Shown here in pieces: positions 53,520 to 64,000 of a stretch of 64,000 nucleotides of DNA. Under the pieces are notes generated by a model that saw only the letters and a program-made list of their open reading frames with translations, was not told where the DNA came from and made no database searches. Position 1 is the first letter of the stretch; each line of letters begins with the position of its first letter. The stretch comes from Octopus sinensis (taxonomy: Eukaryota): assembly GCF_006345805.1 (NCBI RefSeq), contig NC_043010.1, positions 2,232,001 to 2,296,000 on the forward strand, written 5' to 3'. Both the position numbers and the translations under genes were made by a program.

Positions 53520-53557
53520 TTGTGTGTGTGTGTATGTATACACAAAGAGATAGATAC

Positions 53558-53578
53558 CTCAGTTAGAGTATCTCCCAT
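53558..53578 (-). CDS. Candidate first coding exon MGDTLTE (phase 0)
   Basis: ataATGG Kozak context, upstream in-frame TAA, followed by AG|GTATCT donor, within a repeat-free island; no downstream exon identified. Confidence 0.3.
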
Positions 53579-54298
53579 TATCACTTCTTAAACCCAAGTA
53601 TCCTGACATATACCCTTGAAGCGCAACAAGAGAGAAAAGGAAAATAAGGCATAAATGCATGCGATGGAAGAATTTCAAAAGCAGAATGTACTTCATTGAA
53701 GAACTGACTGAAAAAGAGGCTGGCGAGCGCATTAACTGCAATATGATTCGCTGCAATTTATTGAAACTATGTTATTAAAAGACACCAGCGCACTCTGTGT
53801 AACAGTGGCATATTATCTACCTTGACTACTAGCTGTACTTTTAACGCAAGTCCTTCAACTGAAGGCTACTCGTTCACCCCACCCAACCTACAAACTACGC
53901 AGTATCTTCAATGAGCATATTCAGCACTGGGATGCATGTATGTTGTGAGAGCGGTGTATACATGTGTGTTGTATGTGGTCTGACGCATGCTCATATAGCT
54001 CATATGCATGTACAGGAATCAATATGCATGTTTTTATGTTCATGCAGTAGCTGTGTGTGTGTGTGCGTGCATGCGTGCCCACGTCATTCTGTAATTATAT
54101 AAGTGTATATGTGCATATATATGTTTGTGTATTTATTCATACATACAAATATATGTGTGTGTGTGTGTGTATGTGTGTACACACATATACCATAGAATTA
54201 CAAGAAAATGTATACACAGAATTGTGTACACATATATGTACACAAAATTGTGTGCATATATATGTGTATATATAAATATATATATGTATGTGTGTCTG

Positions 54299-54330
<32 letters not shown>

Positions 54331-54561
54331 ATATATATTATGAGTGTATATGTATGTGTATATATTATAAGTACATTCACACATATATAGTCAATAAAAT
54401 TGTGTGCATGTATATACGTATGTGTATATATTAAATATGTAATACATATATAGAAATGTGTATGTATATATATATATATATACATATATATCTTCTGTGA
54501 TGATTTTTTTAATGTAATTTTCCTACTCTTATTTTATAGTATAATATATACATACATGCAT

Positions 54562-54604
<43 letters not shown>

Positions 54605-54930
54605 CTTGATATTGATGATGATTATACACACACACACACACACATATATATAAATAATTTATATATATATATATATATATACACTCTACACACAAATGCA
54701 TATGTTCTGTGAAAGAGTAGTTATACATTTTATATATAATGTGTGTACATGTAAATATATACATGTGTGCCTCTGTGTGTATGTATACACCCACCCACAC
54801 AGGCACAAATACACATACACACACACACAAACAAACACAGATACATACTTGCACACAAAATAGGGAATGGTAAGATGGAATTTGAATTTCTTTTGATGCA
54901 TTTCATCATGGTCGGTAGAATGTTTGAATG

Positions 54931-54944
54931 GTTGCTACGGCAAA
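54931..54944. promoter_or_regulatory. RFX X-box-like motif in a promoter-like island
   Basis: GTTGCTACGGCAAA versus consensus GTTGCCATGGCAAC; two GATTGG (CCAAT) boxes at ~55071 and ~55145. Confidence 0.3.
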
Positions 54945-55270
54945 GAAATAGCTGCTCCGTGCAGGTCAAAAATACTTTTCCTCCCCATTCCCATGCACAT
55001 TATCCACCCGATATGACACATTATATATATATACGACATTCACCCCTTTTTCATCTACGAAAGGTATATCGATTGGCAGGGACGGCAAATGGATAGGCTG
55101 AAGACACTCTAGATATGGGTCAGTAGGGAACTTGAGTGGGGTGAGATTGGGGGTTTTGATACTGCAATTTTGTAGTTCAGTAAATCCAAGGTAGTTGTTA
55201 ACTTCAAAACACACATAAAGTGAGATATATGTTTACACACACACACACACACACACACATGGTAGGTGTA

Positions 55271-55301
<31 letters not shown>

Positions 55302-55593
55302 TACATATATATATTTCTGCCTTGTGCCTATAGTAGAAAGGATTATTATTATTATTATCATAAGTTGGAGAACTGACAAAATCATTATATATATTTATAT
55401 ATATATATTTAAAAATTTAAAAATAGGATAAAATCTTCATAAGAAATTATCAAGTAGTTAGCGCGAAAAACCTCGTAAGAGAAAAAATCCGTAAATTTTT
55501 TCGACTTGTAAATATTTATATTATATAGAGGGCACTATTATACATAGATGCCGCATAGATATTTATATATATATATATAAATAAATATATATA

Positions 55594-55822
55594 GCGGCGA
55601 GCTGGCAGAAACGTTAGCACGCCGGGCGAAATGCGTAGCCGTATTTCGCCTGCCGTTTCGTTCTGGGTTCAAATTCCACCAAGGTCGACTTTGCCTTTAA
55701 TCCTTTCGGGTCGATAAATTAAGTACCAGTTACGCACTGGGGGTCGATGTAATCGACTTAATCCATTTGTCTGTCTTTGTTTGTCCCTTCTGTGTTTAGC
55801 CCCTTGTGGGTAGTAAAGAAAT
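55594..55822 (+). mobile_element. Young, CpG-rich full-length SINE family B
   Basis: gcggcgagctggcagaaacgttagcacgccgggcg...ccccttgtgggtagtaaagaaata. Confidence 0.92.
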
Positions 55823-55825
55823 ATA

Positions 55826-55882
<57 letters not shown>

Positions 55883-56324
55883 TATATATATATGCATATA
55901 TGGGTACAGGATGTCACCAACAGTAAACAACAGGAAATACGAAAACAATGAGTTCAATACACAAACAACGAGAGAAACAAATGGAAAACAGGACAAGTAA
56001 CATAAAGAATGACCCTTCATCAGATGGCGGCTATCTGTCTACTCCTCATTTCGAGCACATATACATACATATATATATATATACACATATATATATATAT
56101 ATACACATATATATATATACATATATATACATACACATATATACATATATACGTGTGCATGCATGCATATGCACATGTATGTTCAAATATATTTGTGTGT
56201 GTAAAATGGAGTTCCATAGTTTGTGTCTATGAAATTCCTCGCATGGTACATTGTTCTATCTGATGCTACAATAGAAGGCATTAATTCACACACACACATT
56301 GTTATTATTGTTGTTGCTGTTGTC

Positions 56325-57025
56325 ATTGAGCTGGAAAAACTGGCAGAATAGCTGGAGAAAATGCTAACTTGCATTTCTTGCAGCTCTTAACATTCTGAGT
56401 TCAAATCCTGCTGCACATACTCCGGCTGTGCCAGTGCAATTTCGCCTTCCATCCTTTTGGCTTCAATAAAATGGGTACCAGATAGCACCGGTATCAATGT
56501 AATCCACTTATCTCTACTTCTCCAGAACTGCTAAGCTTGTGCCAAAATTTCAAGTCATCATCATCATCATCATTATTATTATCAGGTGGAAAGCTGGCAG
56601 AATCATTAGAACACCAGATGAAATGCTAAGTGGTATTTTGTCTGTCTTTACGTTCTGAGTTCAAATTCTGCCGAGATCAACTTTGACTTTCATCCTCTCA
56701 GATTAGATAAATTAAGTACCAGTTACATACTGGGGCCAATGGAATCAACTAGTCCCCTCCCCCAAAATTTCTGCCTTGTGCCTATAGTAGAAAGGATTAT
56801 TATTATAAGTTGGTGAACTGACAAAGTCATTAGCATGCCAGGCAAAGTGCTTCGTGGTATCTTGTCTGTCTTTACATTCTGAGTTCAAATTCTGCCAAGG
56901 TTGACTATGCCTTTCATCCTTTTGGGGTCCATAAAGTGAGTACCAGTTGTACACTGGGGTCCAGGTAATCAATTTAACCCCTTCCCCAAAATTTCAGGCC
57001 TTATGCTTTTAGTAGAGAGGATTAC
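56325..57025 (+). mobile_element. Three tandem SINE family B copies separated by (CAT/ATT)n
   Basis: Heads at ~56328, 56584, 56808. Confidence 0.87.
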
Positions 57026-57054
57026 TATTACAATTATTATAGCATTTAGAATTT

Positions 57055-58040
57055 CGTCAGGCATTCTCAGCCCTCTGCCAATCAGGCAATGGGATTGGTG
57101 GATGTTCCGCTTAAGAAATTTATAGAGGATTAGTGGTGGAGACTTTGGGCAGTGGTGAGAATGAACTGGCTAGTCTGTTCTGGAGGACTTTCCCATTGGG
57201 AACTATTGTAGATAATTTCCAGATGTCCTTGGTTTGGCAGGGCTACCAGGAGGTGCTACTAGTTCATGATAAACTCTACAGGCATAGATGTGCTGTCAGA
57301 TGGGCGTGTCCAAGGTGCACCTAGAGTGACAAGACTATTCTGCAGCCCCTCATTCAATTTCCAGGCATTGCTGACTTGTGGGGTTATGTTGAGCAGTTGC
57401 TGTCATGTGTGGAACAGTTGACAGTCTGTAGTGATGACTGCACCACCACTCTCCTTCAATCAGGCAGGCAAGGCAGTTTACCCTTGCCTGGTGGCCATGG
57501 CAAAAGAGGTTGTTTGGTGGACAAGACTGAAATGCATGAGGACAGATACATTCCTCTGTGGTAGAGCTCTCATTGACTTCTTCAAGTTTTACTTGTAAAG
57601 GGAACTGAGAGTGGAGAGGGAAGTGCTGTCCTCGAGTGAGTTCACTGAAAAGTGGGTGAAAGTTGCAAAAATGGCAAGGGTGGATGGTACCTCTCTACGT
57701 GTAGACCTGTGAGTCAGAGGTAAGGAATTGGAGAGGGCACTTGTTCCTAGGGTTTCGGAGAAATCTCGGATAGTGGAGTTCCTTGATTATCCCTAGAGGC
57801 CCTTCTGAATCAGAAGGGCCACACCCCTATCATCCTCCTTGCCACATTTTTTTAACCTTTGTATGCTATGCATATTCCCCTCCTTTTTCAGTGTATACCA
57901 TGTATACTTAACTTTCTTTCCTTCATTTTTTATTTAATTGTTTTTATCATTTCATTATATGTAAACCGCCCCCACAATTTATATCTGTCTTTGTATTGTC
58001 CACTTATTCCTTTGCCCTTGTGGCAAATAAATGAAATCAC
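57055..58040 (+). mobile_element. L1/Tx1-like LINE 3' end (decayed zf-RVT region and 3' UTR)
   Basis: DKLYRH...ACPRC..DKTILQ..IQFP...LW, then AKEVVWWTR and KW; 3' UTR ending gcccttgtggcaaataaatgaaatc. Confidence 0.75.
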
Positions 58041-58067
58041 CATCAACATCATCATTATTATCATTAA

Positions 58068-58275
58068 GATGGCAAGCAAGCAGAATTCTTCCCATGCTGG
58101 ACAAATTGCTTAGTGGCATTTTGTCGACCTTCATCATCCGAGTTCAAATTCCATTGAAGTCGACTTTACCCTTTTCTTCTTTCGGAGTCGATGAAATAAG
58201 TGCCTGTTATGCACTGGGGCCAATGTAATTGACTAGCCCCCTTCTCCCAAATTTCAGACCTTGTCCCTATTATTG
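58068..58275 (+). mobile_element. SINE family B copy followed by (ATT)n
   Basis: Family motifs; (ATT)n at 58295-58350. Confidence 0.8.
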
Positions 58276-58296
58276 TAAGGTTTATTATAATAATAA

Positions 58297-58348
<52 letters not shown>

Positions 58349-59004
58349 CAAGTTGGGATTTATCTAAACAATATCTACAACCTGACTGAGTTCTCTTGTT
58401 TAAACCTCCATCTTGAAATTTGTCTACTAAACAACCACCCTTATTTTTATTTCATGCCCCGCTTTGTTTTCTTTTATTTAACAGTTCTAATAAAGTAATA
58501 ATTTAAGATTTAGTACACTCAATAAATAGAACTTCAACTCTATCGTTGTTTTCTAAAAGTTGAGGGCATTCTGAGAGTTCTAAATTCTGACTTCATATTG
58601 TGTAGGAGCCTCTCTCACAGTCATGACAAACTGCTGCTCATGGGACTTCCTGAATGGCATGCCTAATAAAAAATTACCGTGGATATTTTTTGGTAGTGTG
58701 GCCTACATGATAATGAGTGATGCACCATGTGGCATACTTCTCAAGAATGGTTGTCCATGCATGCTATATCAGTCTGACTCTGCATCTACATTTGTATTGG
58801 GTCAAATAGTTTTTTTCATTTTAAGACAAACTGACCCGTACATGCAATATTTCCTTCACCATGTCACCGATGTCTGTCCGACTGAAAGGCCATTGACTTG
58901 GGCCAATACAACTTGGTACTGGTGTTATTGAAAACATTTCTGTCAAAGCACAAATAGCCAGAACAGATACTGCAAAGGATCTTGCCCAACTCTCAACTCA
59001 AAAA

Positions 59005-59250
59005 GAATCAGAGGTCCCTCCCTAGCCACAGGTTCATATGGCCAGTTTCCTGAATGCTGTGGTGTATATGTTCCCCCACTAGACGTACATAAGTCCATTA
59101 CAGGATCACTCATTTTTGCCAGCTGAGTGGACTGAAGAACATGAAATGAAGTGTTTTGCTCTAGAACACAATACATTGCCCAGTCTAGGATATGAAACAA
59201 CAATCTTACGATGTTGAGTGCAACACCCTAACCACTAAGCCACACACCTT
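59005..59250 (-). mobile_element. SINE family D copy
   Basis: actcatttttgccagctgagtggactg...caacaccctaaccactaagccac. Confidence 0.78.
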
Positions 59251-60395
59251 CACAACACTCTACTAGTTCCATGAATTCACCACCTGCGATTTGTACTTTT
59301 CTGTTGTCCCCAAAAGGATAAAAGGCACAGTGACCTCAGTGGGATTTGAAATCGGATCACAGAGAATCAGACCAAATCATGAGGCATCCTATATTCAATG
59401 CTCCAATGAATGTACTCATTTTGTATTTAGCCCAGTAGCCAATATCTCCACTTTTAAGTTTGAGCACAGATAAGTGAGAGATTTAGCTGCTATTTTTGGA
59501 ATGCTGAATGACCATCTAATAGCTCCTTCACCGGTGTTGCTATATTTGATAATTATTAGATGAAAATGTAACATTTTCCAATGCACATTTTGGCAGCCAG
59601 TCAAATGGCGATGTAGTTAACCAATGATAGCTTCATGAGATTTCAAATATTTTTGCTTATATATTGTCATGCTGCTCTCCTCACTTCTTAAATCATTTGA
59701 ACAATCAAAAACATGAACTTCAGAGTTAAGGTTCAAGAAGTTACCACTTCTTAAGAAATGAAACTCTCACACACACACACACTCACTCACATAATGCACA
59801 TATGTATGTATGCAATAAGTATATATGCATACTGTAAAGTTCTGAAAGATATTCCAAACAGGAAGGAAGGAAGACTTGCAGCACTGCCATCTTACATTTT
59901 CATTCTTCATAACCAGAGAATCAGTGAAAAAAAGATGTCTTGGTTTTGCTTTTTATTTTCCGTTCTCTTTCCTTCTCTGATATGTTATAACATATCTTCC
60001 GCTTGATATTAAGGGCTATCACAAGAAATGAAAATGGATATCCAGTGGAAGCATGTGGAGAAAATATGCACACTAATGCATACACCAGTGTCAAACAGCT
60101 CAAAGGGAGCACAAGTGTAAGTAGAATGGAATTTGAAATGCTTTCAGAGATATTTTTTAACTTCTTTGGAGTTTTTCAATAACATGAATTCAACCTTCGC
60201 TTTTTCAACTGGGAAAAAAGGGTCACATCAAGTGAAAGTAATTTTACTTCTTCCTTGTATTTTTTTAAAACATTATTGCAAAAACGAAACACAAAAAAAG
60301 ATAAAACTTATAAATATATAATAAAACTAATGATCACATCCCAATACGCAAGAATTTATACATACATACAAATAGAAAAGAGGGAGAAAGATGCC

Positions 60396-60477
<82 letters not shown>

Positions 60478-60504
60478 TACATACATACACACAAAATGTG
60501 TATA

Positions 60505-60737
60505 CTGGGTGGCCCAAAAGTAGGTCTACATTATCACATAGGTGCTTTAAATTTCTTTTAAAACATTTTATTACATTTAAATTTCTATCTTACAAACTGA
60601 AAAGAGAGCTGGACAAAATTAACTAAATTAGCATAGAATAATGGTTTCATATTTTCTTTTATAATTAAGACCTAAACTGTTAATATATGAATGTGAAAGT
60701 TGAATAACTGTAAACCTACTTTTGGGCCCCACCCCTG
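60505..60737. mobile_element. Tc1/mariner-type MITE
   Basis: TA-flanked TIRs ctgggtggcccaaaagtaggtctaca / tgtaaacctacttttgggccccacccctg. Confidence 0.85.
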
Positions 60738-60865
60738 TATAATCATGGCAGAGTGGCAGAGTGGTAAGAAGTTTGCTTTAAACTATATAGAACTGAGCCT
60801 ATAGTTTGCTTCAAACTATTGGCTCGGTTCCACAGTGTGGCACCTTGGATGAGTGTCTCGTACTA

Positions 60866-61314
60866 TGAGTGTCCCCTGATAGGTCACGGAAGGTGATTTC
60901 CTCTCACTTCTGCATTCACATCTGCAATATTTTACTCAGTTCTGCTGATTGCAGGTCTCCCAGATCGTTCATCAATATTGACATTTTTCGACTATCTTGG
61001 AAATGTCTGAACCACCCATACACTCGTGTGCAGCTCATACATTCCTCTCCACACACATTCTGCAACTTTGCAGAGGCTTCTCAACAGGCATCGCCATGAC
61101 AACTTACTCCGTCATGGTCAATGCTACAATCACACACACTACACTCCTTTCTTTCAAGCACTGCTGAAAACTGCAGAAGTGAGCTAGAATGTTAGAACTT
61201 GGTGTGCATGCTCAGTGGAATTCAAAGTCAATCTTTGCCAAGTAGCTTGACTCTGCATGCTTTAGCTTCGTTACTATGGCAACAGTCTGGTTACTTATTG
61301 ATCAGACCTCATAC
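60866..61314 (-). mobile_element. Mariner 5' fragment (left TIR and HTH region)
   Basis: Minus strand begins tatgaggtctgatcaataagt; translation EASAKLQNVCGEECMSCTRVYGWFRHFQ matches mariner N-terminal HTH. Confidence 0.8.
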
Positions 61315-61340
61315 ATGACTATATATATTTATATATATAT

Positions 61341-61382
<42 letters not shown>

Positions 61383-61579
61383 ATATATATATATATACAT
61401 ATATAATATATATTATATATATATATATAATTATATATATATATATATATATACTATATATATATATATATATATACATATAAATATATATATACATATA
61501 AATAAATATATATATATACAATATATATATATATACACACATATATATATATACACATATAAATATATATATATATATA

Positions 61580-61610
<31 letters not shown>

Positions 61611-61770
61611 CATATATATATATACACATATATATATATACATATATAAATATATATATATATATACATATAAATACATATATATATATATATAATTATA
61701 TAAATATATGTATAAATATATATATATATACATATAAATATATATATATATGTATATATATATATATTAT
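61315..61770. repeat. (TA)n-rich microsatellite field
   Basis: Direct reading. Confidence 0.97.
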
Positions 61771-62010
61771 TCATGTTACCTATGTTCATATGAGCATACA
61801 TTCAGAGGCACACATAAACATGCAAGATACATACACACAAGCATACACACGTACATATGCACACGTGTACTAAGCATTTTACACACATTGTATAGAAAAC
61901 ATCACAGAATAAAAGAAAATGTTATGTATCTGACCATTCCTGATGGAATGGAATGAAATGAAATGCTTTTAAATTAAAATGCCATAAAACATTTAAATTA
62001 GAAGAAGCTA

Positions 62011-62041
<31 letters not shown>

Positions 62042-62584
62042 TTAATAATAATAAAAATACTAATAATAATGATGATAATGATGATGATGATGATGATTAT
62101 AACAACAACAACCATAAAAAATATATAAATACAAGCAGAAAACAATAATGCTCTTTTAACTTCTTTTCTAACTTTCTTCTCTTAAATAAGCACCAGGCAT
62201 TCTTAGAAAGATGCAGAATTTATTCCAACTCTGAGTGATATGATAAAATATCTTCAACCTACACCCTCCTCCCACCGTTTTACAATCGAATAATTAACTC
62301 AATTGAACACCGTTCTTCAGGTGCACAGAGTACAAAGCTTCCATGAACAAAAGCTCTCCCATTATCTATGAAAGAGGCAGGGAAAATTTTTGCTTGATGA
62401 AATGGCACATAAAATGGCGAAGAGTTCTAAATTGCCACTATAAAAGCTGCTTAGATCATTTCCAGTAGGAATTATATATGTGCATGCTTGAGAGTTTATA
62501 AGTGTATGTATCTATGTGTTTGTGTGTGTTTATGTATATATATATATATACATGTATACATACATACATGCACATGAACACAAT

Positions 62585-62622
<38 letters not shown>

Positions 62623-62872
62623 CCTATTTATCTACTAATCTATCTATCTATCTATCTATATATATGTATATGTATGTGTGAGTGTGAGTGTGCGTATGAG
62701 TGTATGAATGTATGTATATATGTATATCTATATATGTATACACACAATCACTCATGTGTATATACATATATATATAATATATATATATGTATATATATAA
62801 ATGCATATGTATATATATATGCATATACATATATATAGTTTCTAGTTTCTTTTTGTAACATATTTCTATTAT

Positions 62873-62956
<84 letters not shown>

Positions 62957-62967
62957 CATACATACAC

Positions 62968-64000
62968 AGTTCTAGGTAAATTCCACCACAGAAAATTCCA
63001 CCAGTTAAATTTCACCATAGGTAAATTCCACTCCACCATGGTATATTCCACTTTGGTAAATTGCACCTGTGGACAAACTTCTAATATAAGCTGCTCAGGT
63101 TAATAATCACCATGGTCAGTTTCTTTAGACCATAGGGTGAATACCTATATCATTTAATCTGTCTGTCTCTCAAGTCTTAGGGGTGGAGAGAGAGAGTCTG
63201 AAGGTGAGATGTATAATAACATTTATAATCTACTTGAATCGAGATGGGATCACTTTAATGTACTCCCATCGAACAAGAATCTATGAAAAAGACTCATCAT
63301 AAAATTTCAAAAATAATATACTTTGGGATAAAGGAAGAAAAGATTAAATTTTACCACGCATTTTATTATAACAGTTGGATAAAAAATAACTGAGTACATT
63401 GTGAAGCAGAGTTAGGATAAAGAAGTTTAATTTATTTTTTAAGAAAATTCTTGAGACACATTATGTGCAATACTTCTTAAAAATTGCAGAGGATTTTCAT
63501 GTTGATATATATATAACTAGCTTCTTCCCTCATGCATCAATAATTTGATAGGCCTTTTTTTTGTTGTTGAGTCGCCACATCAACTGGGCAATTTTTGTCT
63601 GGCTTAATCCTTCCTCAGCTTTAAGGGCATTGCATAGTTTCCACAAATTTGGATGTATGGATGTTAGTGATGAGCGCAAAGCATTGTGGAATCCTTCTAA
63701 AGAATTATTTGATCTTGCCAAGTCTTTTAAGATGCAATCACATACATTCCAGAGTTGTGTAGGGAAATGTGTGGTTTCTCTTCACCAACGAGGACCATGC
63801 CCACTTACAATCCCAATGTATGTAATCTCAAAATAGGTGATAAACTCAGAAGGGATGTCTTCATCATCAGAAAAATCTTGAAATACATTGACAATGTCTT
63901 CAATTGGCAAAAGTACTAAAGCACAGAGCACTTAATTTTAAGCTGAAAACTTTCATCTGTGTTGCATCTCCTACTCTCAAAAAGTGCACATATCTTCTGC
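62968..64000 (-). mobile_element. Mutator-like (MULE) DNA transposon relic, runs off the window
   Basis: Minus translation FITYFEITYIG...LWNV...RSNNSLEGFHNAL...HPNLWKL matches the MULE YF..TW/WN/RTNN..EGWH motifs; terminal aaattccacc repeats at 62975-63070. Confidence 0.85.

Noticed and set aside
1-64000. Conserved bilaterian miRNAs, rRNA or snRNA genes
   Set aside because: No match noticed by eye to the sequences I recall; a proper Rfam/MirGeneDB search was not possible

Overview
AT-rich, microsatellite-saturated eukaryotic DNA, most likely from an octopus/coleoid cephalopod (inferred from the SINE families and (TA)n/(TG)n/(TATG)n load). No intact protein-coding gene is visible; nearly all listed ORFs are microsatellite translations. 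The window is a patchwork of four dispersed SINE-type families (here called A-D), decayed LINEs (RTE, R4/Dong-like, Tx1-like), DNA transposon relics (mariner, pogo, piggyBac, MULE) and tandem duplications. Most notable: (1) several hammerhead-ribozyme-like motifs of the Penelope type, one with an intact core (17743-17845), and three long foldback hairpins, two tied directly to such motifs; (2) a 3' tail shared between SINE family B and a Tx1-like LINE; (3) repeat-free islands with promoter motifs and minus-strand splice donors, suggesting alternative first exons of a large minus-strand gene. Coordinates were read by eye and may be off by a few bases; family names come from recalled motifs, not database searches.
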